Shown here one piece after another: positions 1-9,233 of a stretch of 64,000 nucleotides of DNA (within the stretch, counting starts at the first letter, position 1; each line of letters starts with the position of its first letter). The notes below the pieces were generated by a model. It saw nothing but the letters and a program-made list of their open reading frames with translations, had not been told where the DNA came from and made no database searches. Made by a program: the position numbers and the translations under genes. Source of the stretch: an uncultured Clostridia bacterium (GTDB taxonomy: Bacteria; Bacillota; Clostridia; TANB77; CAG-508); contig CANQPE010000001.1 in NCBI GenBank assembly GCA_947625645.1, forward strand, positions 74,978-138,977, read 5' to 3'.

Positions 1-506
1 ACATAATTTCCACACCATTTTTCCTCTGGTGTCTCTTTTGATATACCTCTTTCTAAATACCCCATAACTCTTTCCCTATCTAAAAGTTTCTGCATAGCAT
101 ATTTACAATAGTCTTTATTCTCCATCATTTCTTGCATATCCAATGTGGTTAAAATTTGTTCATATTGCTCTTGGGGATTAAACTCCATCATAACAGCACC
201 CCCATTTAAATACCAAGAAATCAAACAATTATATACCTGTTCCCCCGCTATGGCATAAGGTTCTCTTTCCATCAGTAATTTTGTTGTATCATAGTCTACT
301 GTTTTTCTATCATTTGCTTTTGGTTGCCATACACGTGGTTTATAATATTTAATTTCTAGATATTTTTTATCTTCTGATACCCTTATTTGTAAATCTTCCT
401 TTGATGTATCTTGCGCAAATTCTCTTGGTGCTTGTGTTGTTTGATAATTCCCTGTATTTGGTTGCTTTGTTGTTGATTTTTTCTTAAAAACATCTAAAAA
501 ACCCAT
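1..506 (-). CDS. hypothetical protein; its 3' end is cut by the window edge (N-terminus MGFLDVFKKKSTTKQPNTG...)
   Basis: Open minus-strand frame running off the left edge. ATG at 506-504 with AGGAG 8 nt upstream. Absent from the ORF track because there is no stop in the window. Confidence 0.5.
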   Translation of the reverse strand, partial: MGFLDVFKKKSTTKQPNTGNYQTTQAPREFAQDTSKEDLQIRVSEDKKYLEIKYYKPRVWQPKANDRKTVDYDTTKLLMEREPYAIAGEQVYNCLISWYLNGGAVMMEFNPQEQYEQILTTLDMQEMMENKDYCKYAMQKLLDRERVMGYLERGISKETPEEKWCGNY

Positions 507-629
507 ATTACCATCTCCTATCTCTCCCTTATATTTTACCACACTTTGCTCAAAAAGTCAAATTATACTTCCTAAAATTTCCATTGTCTTTCTCGGTAAA
601 ACATGCTACGATAGTAATAGGTGATACAA

Positions 630-881
630 ATGATTGATAAAATGAAAGATACGTTTCAAAAATTAGAAACGCAAACTAAAACAATTATGAAAAATGGAAT
701 TCAATTTTGTTTTTTCCTTTGTATAATTTCTTTAATTGTTTTACTTACATACGATTTTATGGTTGAAAATCCTCTTCTTTTTGATATTGGAATTGTTCTT
801 TTTAAAATGAGCTTACTCTTTTCAATTGAATTTTTAATTTGCGGAATTGTCGTTGATTCTTTAAAAAAGAATATGATTTAA
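630..881 (+). CDS. small hydrophobic membrane protein, hypothetical
   Basis: ORF 621..881. The ATG at 630 follows GGTGA. The product is mostly hydrophobic (two predicted TM stretches) and is followed by a strong hairpin. Confidence 0.4.
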   Translation: MIDKMKDTFQKLETQTKTIMKNGIQFCFFLCIISLIVLLTYDFMVENPLLFDIGIVLFKMSLLFSIEFLICGIVVDSLKKNMI

Positions 882-887
882 CACGAA

Positions 888-937
888 AAAGCAACATGAC
901 GAATTTTTTTCAAGTTTTGATTCGTACATGTTGCTTT
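888..937. terminator. bidirectional hairpin between convergent genes
   Basis: aaagcaacatgacgaat (888-904) pairs with attcgtacatgttgcttt (920-937) with one bulge. It lies between the stop of 630..881(+) and the stop of gatB(-). Confidence 0.6.
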
Positions 938-956
938 GCTTAAATATCCCTTATTT

Positions 957-2393
957 TTATGATTTTTGCATTTCTTCGATAAACATTTTGTTTAACATTT
1001 GTGGGTTTGCTTGCCCTTTTGTTTGCTTCATGGCTTGTCCTACTAAAAATCCTAGCGCTCTATCTTTTCCGGCTTTATAATCCACAATGGATTGTGGATT
1101 TTCTGATAATACTTTTAGAACAACTTCTTTAATAGCTCCTTCATCTGAAATTTGAATCCAGCCTTTTTCTTTGATGATTTCTTCCGGACTTCTTGGATTT
1201 TCAAATAATTCCACTAAGACTTTTTTCGCAATACTTGAGCTGATGGTTCCTTTGTCTATTAAGATGACCAACTCTCCTAATTGCTTACTATCAAAAGGTA
1301 TTTCTACTGGATCCATTTCTGTTTCATTCAAAATTCTTGAAATGTCTGAAATAATCCAGTTATTCACTGCTTTTGGATTATTGCTAATCTTTGAAGCTTC
1401 TTCAAACAAATCTGCCAAATATTTGGAACTAGAAATAATGTTAGCATCTTTTTCTGTTAAATGATATTCTTCTAAATAACGTCTTTTTCTGCTTTCTGGT
1501 AATTCTGGCAAATTGTTTTGAATTTGCTCAATATATTCATCTGACAATTTAATCGCCACTAAATCTGGATCTGGAAAATAGCGATAATCTTGTGCATCTT
1601 CTTTGTCTCTCATAGAAAATGTTTTTCCTGAAACTTCATCCCAGCGTAATGTTTCTTGTTCAATCTCTCCTCCATCTTCTAAGACATCTATTTGCCTATT
1701 GGCTTCATATTCAATGGCTCTTGTAATGCTTCTAAATGAGTTCATATTTTTCATTTCTGTTCTGGTTCCAAAAGCCGTTTCTCCTTTTTTGCGAACAGAT
1801 ACGTTGACATCTGCTCTTAAAGACCCTTCTTGCATTTTGCAGTCTGATACTTCAATGTATTCTAAGATAGATTTTAATTTTTTAAGGTATTTGTCTACTT
1901 CTTGCACACCACGTAAATCTGGTTCTGAAACAATTTCTATCAGAGGAACACCTGCTCTATTTAAATCCACAAGGCTTCCTCCGCCAAATTCATCATGGTT
2001 TAATTTTCCAGCATCTTCTTCTATGTGAATTCGCAAAATTCGAATTTTCTTTTTTCCTTGTTCAGTTTCAATTTCAACATAGCCATGTTCACATAGTGGC
2101 TTATCAAACTGAGAAATCTGATATGATTTTGGTAAGTCTGGATAGAAATAGTTTTTTCTATCATTTTTACTGTTTCTGGATATTTCACAATTTGTTGCTA
2201 ATCCTGCTTTTACAGCATATTCCACTACTTTTTCATTTAAAACTGGTAATGTTCCTGGCATTGCCATACAAATTGGACAAGTATGTGTGTTTGGCTCTGC
2301 CCCAAAACTTGTTGGGCATGAGCAAAATATCTTCGTTTTCGTAGATAGTTCTGCATGAACTTCTAGTCCAATCACAATTTCATATTCGTTCAT
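957..2393 (-). CDS. gatB: Asp-tRNA(Asn)/Glu-tRNA(Gln) amidotransferase subunit B
   Basis: 478 aa. N-terminus MNEYEIVIGLEVHAEL...CPICMAMPGTLPVLN and a GatB/YqeY-type C-terminal tail. Same operon as gatC and gatA. Confidence 0.95.
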   Translation of the reverse strand: MNEYEIVIGLEVHAELSTKTKIFCSCPTSFGAEPNTHTCPICMAMPGTLPVLNEKVVEYAVKAGLATNCEISRNSKNDRKNYFYPDLPKSYQISQFDKPLCEHGYVEIETEQGKKKIRILRIHIEEDAGKLNHDEFGGGSLVDLNRAGVPLIEIVSEPDLRGVQEVDKYLKKLKSILEYIEVSDCKMQEGSLRADVNVSVRKKGETAFGTRTEMKNMNSFRSITRAIEYEANRQIDVLEDGGEIEQETLRWDEVSGKTFSMRDKEDAQDYRYFPDPDLVAIKLSDEYIEQIQNNLPELPESRKRRYLEEYHLTEKDANIISSSKYLADLFEEASKISNNPKAVNNWIISDISRILNETEMDPVEIPFDSKQLGELVILIDKGTISSSIAKKVLVELFENPRSPEEIIKEKGWIQISDEGAIKEVVLKVLSENPQSIVDYKAGKDRALGFLVGQAMKQTKGQANPQMLNKMFIEEMQKS

Positions 2394-2403
2394 TTCATTT
2401 CAT

Positions 2404-2425
2404 TCCTTTCTTAGGCACAAATCTG
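2404..2425 (-). repeat. conserved pre-SD leader box (CAGATTTGTGCCTAAGAAAGGA), copy upstream of gatB
   Basis: One member of a motif family seen by eye upstream of at least 5 start codons. This copy overlaps the last codons (QICA*) of the GH3 gene. Confidence 0.5.
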
Positions 2426-3655
2426 ATAGGCATATTTCCAAGCTAAAATTCTTTGCACTGCTGTATTTATTGTACTTTCTTGAATTTTTCCATCTGCGAC
2501 AGCTTGTAAAATTTCTTCTTTTTGTGTTTTCATATCTGAAGATAGTATTATATCATTCCCAGCAAGAACCGCCTGAACTGCTGCCTCGCCATTTTCAACA
2601 TAGGCTTTTACTGCATCCATGGCTAAATCATCTGTCATAATAATTCCTGTAAATCCAAGTTCCTCTCTCAAAATTTTATGTATATTTTCTGACAAAGAAG
2701 CTGGTTTTTCTTTATCCATACATTCTACAATGGTATGACTGACTAATATGGTTGGTGCTTTTGCTTCTATTCCACTTTTAAATGGTAAAAAATCTGATGT
2801 TTCAAATGTTGCATAAGGTCTTTTATCCACAGCAACGCCCGTATGTGTATCTGCATTATTGCCATAGCCTGGAAAATGCTTTAGGGTTGATATCATTCCA
2901 TCTTTATTCATTGTCTCTACTAATTTGGATACATATGTTGCTGTATTTTCTGCACCTCTTCCATATGCTCTTGCATAAATAAAATCTGAGCTACTTGTTG
3001 GTACATCTGCAACTGGTGCTAGATTCATGTTTAGTCCTATACTTTTTAATAATGTTGATTTTTCAGTAGAATCTTTTAAAATCAATGCCAATTGTCCTTT
3101 TTTCCATAGTGCTTGTGGAGATTCAAACTTAGTACTTCTAAAAGCCTTGTATTGGCTAACTCTTACAACAGTTCCTCCTTCTTCATCTACTCCTAGTGCC
3201 AATTTAATTTTACTGTTTTGTTGCTTTGTAGATAATTTCTGCAAAATGGAGGTTTTTGTTTCTCCTTTAAAATCATCACCAAATAAGATATATCCCCCTG
3301 GGCTTAATGCTTCAATTTCTTTTTGTTCAGCTTCCTTTGGGTATCTGGCTAAAAACATTTGCCCTACTTTTTCTTCTAATGTCATTGTTTGTAATTGTTC
3401 TTTTGCTTTTTCATAATAGGCTCCAAACAAATCTGAAACATTTTCTAAATTTGTTTCCTCTGTTTCTTGCGGTTGCTCTGGATTTGTTTCTGTGTTTTCT
3501 GTTACATTGGCCACTGTTGTTTGACTAAATTCATTTTCTGTTTGCTCTTTCTCCTCTTTTTCTAAAAATATTTCTTTTGCCATTAATGCACCTGCAATTA
3601 TGATAAGTATGACTAAAATACAAGTTAATACTTTTGTCACTTTACGGTTGTTCAT
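2411..3655 (-). CDS. glycoside hydrolase family 3 beta-N-acetylhexosaminidase-like protein, membrane-anchored
   Basis: 414 aa. N-terminal TM helix. KHFPGYGNNADTHTG and GVDEEGG motifs typical of GH3/NagZ-like enzymes. Confidence 0.75.
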   Translation of the reverse strand: MNNRKVTKVLTCILVILIIIAGALMAKEIFLEKEEKEQTENEFSQTTVANVTENTETNPEQPQETEETNLENVSDLFGAYYEKAKEQLQTMTLEEKVGQMFLARYPKEAEQKEIEALSPGGYILFGDDFKGETKTSILQKLSTKQQNSKIKLALGVDEEGGTVVRVSQYKAFRSTKFESPQALWKKGQLALILKDSTEKSTLLKSIGLNMNLAPVADVPTSSSDFIYARAYGRGAENTATYVSKLVETMNKDGMISTLKHFPGYGNNADTHTGVAVDKRPYATFETSDFLPFKSGIEAKAPTILVSHTIVECMDKEKPASLSENIHKILREELGFTGIIMTDDLAMDAVKAYVENGEAAVQAVLAGNDIILSSDMKTQKEEILQAVADGKIQESTINTAVQRILAWKYAYQICA

Positions 3656-3670
3656 TCGCTATCTTCCCTT

Positions 3671-5143
3671 CTATTTTCGTATAAACTGTGGTTGATAGTT
3701 TTCTCTAAATTTTATTACTTTTTCAAATGCATATGCCATATTTAAGATTTTTTCTTCTTCAAATTTATTTCCTATTAACTGCATTCCAATTGGCATCCCT
3801 TCTTTATCAACACCACAAGGAATAGAAATTGCAGGAAGACCAGCTATATTAACAGATACGGTACAAATATCTGCTAAATACATTTCTAATGGATTGTTAG
3901 ACTTTGATCCCATGTTAAATGCAACTGTTGGTGAGGTTGGTGTTAAAATAGCATCATATTTTTGAAAGCCTTTTTCAAATTCATTGGTTACTAATGTACG
4001 GACTTGTTGCGCCTTTTTGTAATAGGCATCATAATATCCTGAAGATAATACATAGGTTCCTAAGATAATTCGTCTTTTGACTTCTGCACCAAACCCTTCA
4101 CTTCTAGATTTTTTATATAAATCTTTTAAACTATGAAATTCCTTTGCCCTGTATCCATAACGAATTCCATCAAATCGACCTAAGTTAGAACTTGCTTCTG
4201 CACAAGCAATAATATAATAAGTAGCTAGTGCATATTGTGCCACATCTAAAGAAATTTCTTCAATTTCTGCTCCTAGCGATTTGTATGTTTCAATTGCTTT
4301 CTCCAAATTTTCCTTTACTTCTTGATTGATTCCTTCTCCAAAAAATTCTTTTGGTACTCCTATTTTTTTCCCTTTTATGTCATCTTTTAAATGCAACGTA
4401 TAATCTTTTTTCTCTTGTTTGACTGATGTGGTATCCTTTTCATCATGACCTGCAATTAAGTTTAATAAGATTGCGGCATCTTCTACATCTTTTGTAATTG
4501 GTCCTATTTGATCTAATGATGAAGCAAATGCAACCAGCCCATATCTAGAAACTACTCCATATGTTGGTTTTAATCCAACTACACCACAAAAGCTTGATGG
4601 TTGCCTAATAGATCCTCCTGTGTCGCTTCCTAACGCCCATGGTACCATATTGGCTGCCACTGCTGCTGCACTTCCTCCTGAGGAACCTCCTGGCACTTTG
4701 TTTAAATTCCATGGATTTGCCGTCTTTTTAAAATAAGAATATTCTGTTGAGCTTCCCATGGCAAATTCATCCATATTGAGTTTTCCCAATGATATGATGT
4801 TTTCTTCATTCAATTTTTCAACAACAGTAGCATTATATGGCGAAATAAAATTTTCCAACATACGAGAGCTACATGTTGTTTTAATCCCTTTTGTACACAT
4901 ATTGTCTTTTATTCCAATTGGAATTCCTGCATATTTGCCAAGTAGTTCTCCGTTTTCTTTTCTTTCATCAACTTGTTTTGCTTGCTCAAGAGCTTGCTTC
5001 TCTAATGTTGTAACAAATGCGTTTACATCACTTTCTTTTGCTTGTATTTGGTCAATATAACTTTGCGTGATTTGTGTAGCTGTTAACTCTTTATTTTGCA
5101 ACTTTTCCATTAATTCATGAACTGGTAATTGTGTAATTTCCAT
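3671..5143 (-). CDS. gatA: Asp-tRNA(Asn)/Glu-tRNA(Gln) amidotransferase subunit A
   Basis: 490 aa. Amidase signature [12 protein letters not shown] and [12 protein letters not shown]. Confidence 0.95.
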   Translation of the reverse strand: MEITQLPVHELMEKLQNKELTATQITQSYIDQIQAKESDVNAFVTTLEKQALEQAKQVDERKENGELLGKYAGIPIGIKDNMCTKGIKTTCSSRMLENFISPYNATVVEKLNEENIISLGKLNMDEFAMGSSTEYSYFKKTANPWNLNKVPGGSSGGSAAAVAANMVPWALGSDTGGSIRQPSSFCGVVGLKPTYGVVSRYGLVAFASSLDQIGPITKDVEDAAILLNLIAGHDEKDTTSVKQEKKDYTLHLKDDIKGKKIGVPKEFFGEGINQEVKENLEKAIETYKSLGAEIEEISLDVAQYALATYYIIACAEASSNLGRFDGIRYGYRAKEFHSLKDLYKKSRSEGFGAEVKRRIILGTYVLSSGYYDAYYKKAQQVRTLVTNEFEKGFQKYDAILTPTSPTVAFNMGSKSNNPLEMYLADICTVSVNIAGLPAISIPCGVDKEGMPIGMQLIGNKFEEEKILNMAYAFEKVIKFRENYQPQFIRK

Positions 5144-5155
5144 TTTCTTCTTTCA

Positions 5156-5181
5156 TCCTTTCTTAAGACAAACCTAGTTGG
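5156..5181 (-). repeat. conserved pre-SD leader box, copy upstream of gatA (CCAACTAGGTTTGTCTTAAGAAAGGA)
   Basis: Preceded by the hairpin ggttggaaaataatt/aattattttccaacc. A diverged member (GTCTT instead of GTGCC). Confidence 0.4.
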
Positions 5182-5209
5182 AAAATAATTGTAATTATTT
5201 TCCAACCTT

Positions 5210-5497
5210 TTAATTAATTACTTTTGGAATTTTAAACATATTTTGTTCTTGTTCTGGTGCATTTTGTAATAGTGCTTGATTATCTTCAAACACCTTAATT
5301 TCATCTTTTCTAAATACATTTTTAGACTCATTTGCTCCAATGGTAATGTCCAAATTTTCAACTGGTGCCTGATTGACAATATTGGCAAAATTCAAAATAT
5401 CTTGTAAATTTAATAAATACTTGTCTACTTCCGTTTCATTAATTTCTAAATTTGCTAAATTTGCTATATGCAAAATTTCCTCTTTGCTTACTTGCAT
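5210..5497 (-). CDS. gatC: Asp-tRNA(Asn)/Glu-tRNA(Gln) amidotransferase subunit C
   Basis: 95 aa, first gene of the gat operon. The size and the MQVSKEEILHIANLANLEI N-terminus are typical of GatC. Confidence 0.85.
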   Translation of the reverse strand: MQVSKEEILHIANLANLEINETEVDKYLLNLQDILNFANIVNQAPVENLDITIGANESKNVFRKDEIKVFEDNQALLQNAPEQEQNMFKIPKVIN

Positions 5498-5527
5498 GAT
5501 ATCATCTCCTAGTCTTTATTTTTCCCT

Positions 5528-5556
5528 ATTATATAACGAATATAAGAAAATTACAA
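5528..5556 (-). promoter_or_regulatory. sigma-A type promoter of the gat operon
   Basis: Minus strand reads TTGTAA-17 nt-TATAAT (-35 at 5556-5551, -10 at 5533-5528), about 30 nt upstream of the gatC ATG. Confidence 0.55.
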
Positions 5557-5636
5557 GCTGTTTTTAAAAAAATTAAGCTCTCATTAGCAATATAACTTGC
5601 AATGAAAGCCTACTTTTCTTATGATTTGGATATTTT

Positions 5637-5993
5637 TTATGGAATAGATTTGGGAAAAATCGTTTTATTTCTTACATAATCTTCTATTTTCTCTTGTTGC
5701 TTGGCGTTACTCGCATATATTTGTTTTAATTGTGTCTTTTGTGCTTCATCTTCACTCCAATATTCTAAATAAAGTGCTGCTATTAACGCTATCCCTTCTT
5801 TGGAAATCATCCCTTCCGTCATTGTTTGATTTGCTTCAAATTTAGGATGATAATGAATATCTCTATTTTTTTCTATTGTATGATACATTGAAGTAGGAAT
5901 CTTACGAATATACGTGTCTCCTAATGCATTGATAAACGCATAGGCTTCTGCATATGCTCTTGGAAAATTAGCGACATTTACCACGTTTTCCAC
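5637..5993 (-). CDS. hypothetical protein (118 aa, GTG start)
   Basis: ORF only, no recognisable motif. Downstream of the HD-domain gene in the same orientation. Confidence 0.45.
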   Translation of the reverse strand: MENVVNVANFPRAYAEAYAFINALGDTYIRKIPTSMYHTIEKNRDIHYHPKFEANQTMTEGMISKEGIALIAALYLEYWSEDEAQKTQLKQIYASNAKQQEKIEDYVRNKTIFPKSIP

Positions 5994-6074
5994 CGCTCCT
6001 TTCTCCCATCCTTGAATTGGAAAAATTGTTCATTGTAACATTGATACAACTAAATTTGCAATGGTGGTTTTCTT

Positions 6075-8066
6075 CTATCTTCCCTCATCACTTTTTAGTT
6101 TCTCAATATGCTGCTGAATTTGTTGGCTATTTTGTTTTTCTCTAATATTTTCTACCATACATTGAATATCTCGTGCATTTAATTGCCTTTTGGAAAGTTC
6201 TATGAGTGATGTTAATGCTACAGGTTGCCTTTCTATCTTTCTCGTTGCATTAATATCATCTCGAATGGCTATGACATGTTGAATTTGTGGAATCCTTCTT
6301 TCAGGGATTTGATTTTTTCCTCTTACAATTGTATTTCCCACATTTTCTTCATATAAAAATTCTAAAACATCATTTGCTAATACTTTGTATACTTCCTCTG
6401 GATTTTGTGGATTTTGCCATTTTTTATCTTCATTTGCAATTCTTTTTACATCTAAATCTGGTCTTTTTTCCTGTAATTGTTGAATTGCTTCTTTTCTGGA
6501 TACCACAAGCTTTCTTTCTAACAAGCCTGCATATAGTTCTTCTATTCCTTTATTGGTAAAAGAAGCTATAAATTCTGCAACTGCTTCCTGTGGCGTACAT
6601 AAAGGATGTGTCCCTTTTTGATACCTATCTCGAAATTCCTGTGGCATTTGCTCTATATTAGAATAGAAAAATTGAAATACGGTCTTTATTTCCCAAGCTT
6701 TATCAATCTTTCGATTCATATCATCTAAGGTTTCTTGCTTCTGTTTTCCGTCTTGATCTTGTGAAATTCTTAATAATTCTCCCTTAATAAATGCATCTTG
6801 ATATTTTGCTTTTGTCACCCATAACGTAACAAGCATAGGATCTATCTCATATTTTTCTTTTAGAAATTCACTATATGCTCTTGCTGTATCATTGACTTTC
6901 ATTTTCCTCTCTTGGTTTTCCATTGGCAATTTTTGTGCATCTCTCATTTTCTTAAATAATGCAATTCCTTGCATTTCTTCTACTGTTATTTCATGATTTT
7001 TTGGTATTTCACCTTTATTAACCGCTTTCTCAAAAAAGTCTATTCTTTCTTTTCTACCATCTAATTTGATTTCTCCTTCTTCTGTTATAAAACATCTTCT
7101 TGCTATTTCCGCTTGCATTTCTGCAATTTTTACATCTAATTGTCGAAATAAATTCATTTTTATTTTTTCTGGCATTTGATGTATCGTTCTTAATTTATAT
7201 TTTAATTCTTGCTTATGCTGTTTTCTTTTTTCCCTATATTGGGCTCTATCTTCTGGCAATGTTAACGATTCATACATTTGATTTTCTTTTTCTGTGAATT
7301 GTTCTTCATTGAGTCCCAGTAAAGCCTGCTCTTCTGGTGATAAATCATCTATTGTTAAAACATCTTGCTTTAATAAGTCTAAAAAATCTTGTGGAATATA
7401 TGCAATTTTATCTGCCAATCTCACTGCTTTTTGCTCAATTCCATCTGGTTCTTCCTTTACTCTGCTTGTACTATGTGCCAAAATTCCTGTCTTGATATAC
7501 TGAATTGCTTGTTCACTTAATCGATACCCATTATCTTCTGCAAATTTTTCTAACAATTTAGCTCCAATCATCGCACTTGTTTCATTATGCTCATAACACA
7601 TTGTTTCTGCCTTGGTATCTCCAGCATTGTCCGTATATTCTTTGCCAAACATTTTCACTCTATTTTGTTTGTATTCTGGTGTTGCTGAAAAACGCTCCAT
7701 TTCTTTTCCAAGAGCTCCTTCTCCATCGTGCCCAAAAGGTGTATGACCTAAATCATGCATATATCCCAATGCCCTTGCTAGAAGTCCAGAAACCTTAACT
7801 TCTATCTCACTTTTTCCATCTAATATTGCTTTTTGCATAGCAAGGTTTTCTGCTACAATTGCCACACCTTCTGAATGCAAGCCTCTTGTTGTCACATCAT
7901 TCACGATTTCATGATAGACTTGTGTATTAAAAAATATTTTTGCTAATTCCGGTGAAGTTCTTAGCATTTGATTAAAATTCTCACAAAATTGCAATTTTTC
8001 TTTCTCTGACAATTTTTTGCCATTGGTTGTTTCAACACCATCCCAAAAGTTTACTTTCTCACTCAT
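6075..8066 (-). CDS. HD-domain dNTP triphosphohydrolase (dGTPase)-like protein with a long C-terminal extension
   Basis: 663 aa. Motifs RGLHSEGVAIVAENLA, HDLGHTPFGHDGE and VRLADKIAYIPQDFLD match the dGTPase/Dgt family. The C-terminal roughly 400 aa are charged and coiled-coil-like. Confidence 0.7.
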   Translation of the reverse strand: MSEKVNFWDGVETTNGKKLSEKEKLQFCENFNQMLRTSPELAKIFFNTQVYHEIVNDVTTRGLHSEGVAIVAENLAMQKAILDGKSEIEVKVSGLLARALGYMHDLGHTPFGHDGEGALGKEMERFSATPEYKQNRVKMFGKEYTDNAGDTKAETMCYEHNETSAMIGAKLLEKFAEDNGYRLSEQAIQYIKTGILAHSTSRVKEEPDGIEQKAVRLADKIAYIPQDFLDLLKQDVLTIDDLSPEEQALLGLNEEQFTEKENQMYESLTLPEDRAQYREKRKQHKQELKYKLRTIHQMPEKIKMNLFRQLDVKIAEMQAEIARRCFITEEGEIKLDGRKERIDFFEKAVNKGEIPKNHEITVEEMQGIALFKKMRDAQKLPMENQERKMKVNDTARAYSEFLKEKYEIDPMLVTLWVTKAKYQDAFIKGELLRISQDQDGKQKQETLDDMNRKIDKAWEIKTVFQFFYSNIEQMPQEFRDRYQKGTHPLCTPQEAVAEFIASFTNKGIEELYAGLLERKLVVSRKEAIQQLQEKRPDLDVKRIANEDKKWQNPQNPEEVYKVLANDVLEFLYEENVGNTIVRGKNQIPERRIPQIQHVIAIRDDINATRKIERQPVALTSLIELSKRQLNARDIQCMVENIREKQNSQQIQQHIEKLKSDEGR

Positions 8067-8084
8067 TCGTACAATCCCTCCGCA

Positions 8085-8852
8085 TTATATTTGAAGCTCA
8101 TCTGTTCCTATGTATTCATAAATTCCTTCCCATTTATTTTCTCCTGCAAAATTCATAAAACTATCTAAATCCGCATATATTTTTTGTTTTTCTTTTTCCC
8201 CTAATTCTATTTGTGTTTCTGGCAGTAGCTTTAGCATTTCTTTTACTTTTTGGCTTTGTTTTGGAACGCCTGCCTCAATACTACATTGCTCAACATCTTT
8301 AGAAACGCGATATAGCAAATCCACTTGATTCATGGTTGACAGTTGTTCTATTTTTTTTATGTCTGCAATTGTTTGCTCACAAATTCGTGCAATCTGTACT
8401 TCTTGTGTTTTGGTGGCTTGCCCTCTATCAAACAATTCCTTCAAAAGTTCATCAAATTCAGTTGTAATAATATTTCCTGATTGTGCCAAATCATATTCTA
8501 TATATTTTCTAGCCAATTCTGATTCTGTTATAGGCAAACCATGTTCCTCTAAATACTGCATAATGACAGCTTTTCCCTTTTCTCCATAAGCTGGGAAATA
8601 AGACCCTTGGCACATGGTTAAAATTTCAGCTAAATCTGCATTTCCACCTAATCCTCTCGCTATATTTCCTGCCATCGTTTTTGCTACCTGTTGATACCCT
8701 TTTTCACTTTTATCGCTTCCATATTCCGCTTTACTTTGCAATGTATTCCACATTTTAGACATACTAATACCGATATTTAGCTTCTCATAATATTTATCTA
8801 AATCCTTTACTTTCATGAAATGAATCATTTTTTTCATTCCTTTCTCTCTCAT
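8085..8852 (-). CDS. hypothetical protein; start uncertain (8852, 8837 or 8828)
   Basis: 255-aa ORF, 18 nt upstream of the HD gene. No recognisable motif. Confidence 0.5.
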   Translation of the reverse strand: MREKGMKKMIHFMKVKDLDKYYEKLNIGISMSKMWNTLQSKAEYGSDKSEKGYQQVAKTMAGNIARGLGGNADLAEILTMCQGSYFPAYGEKGKAVIMQYLEEHGLPITESELARKYIEYDLAQSGNIITTEFDELLKELFDRGQATKTQEVQIARICEQTIADIKKIEQLSTMNQVDLLYRVSKDVEQCSIEAGVPKQSQKVKEMLKLLPETQIELGEKEKQKIYADLDSFMNFAGENKWEGIYEYIGTDELQI

Positions 8853-8940
8853 ATACTACACTTTCTAACCTCAATATATCATAAAATTAGAATTTTAGCA
8901 ATAAACGATTTCCAAATTTTAATTTTTTTCTGATTTTCCC

Positions 8941-8969
8941 TTGACAAATTAGCATAAAGTTTGTAAAAT
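8941..8969 (+). promoter_or_regulatory. sigma-A type promoter of the aspS leader
   Basis: TTGACA (8941-8946)-17 nt-TAAAAT (8964-8969). Confidence 0.65.
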
Positions 8970-8975
8970 AGTATA

Positions 8976-9205
8976 CAATATATAAAGTTTATGCGTTTGT
9001 ACAATATAAAGCAATTAGAAGTTACTGTTAGAGAATAAGGGTCACCGGCTGAAAGCCCTTTGAGGTCAACCTAATTTGTGAAACACATTGGAGCATGTGA
9101 ATGGAAAGTGGAAAATGTTGTTACATTTTCAAGCTGGGTGGTACCGCGGAAATCTATTTCGTCCCTGCATATATTAATATATGCATCGGGCGTTTTTTGT
9201 TTTCG
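8976..9205 (+). promoter_or_regulatory. T-box leader (tRNA-sensing transcription attenuator) upstream of aspS
   Basis: Canonical T-box sequence AAGCTGGGTGGTACCGCGG at 9131-9149. AGAGA and GGCTGAAAGCC stem I elements. Terminator hairpin about 9162-9190 followed by TTTTTT at 9193-9198. Confidence 0.85.
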
Positions 9206-9233
9206 ATGCATAAGAAAGAAAGGAAGGATTCAT

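Noticed and set aside
9078-9233. 5' extension of the aspS ORF in the six-frame track (start at 9078, adding 52 aa)
   Set aside because: The extension runs through the T-box motif and its terminator hairpin and has no RBS. The ATG at 9234 has a strong AGGAAGGA RBS and gives a canonical AspRS N-terminus.
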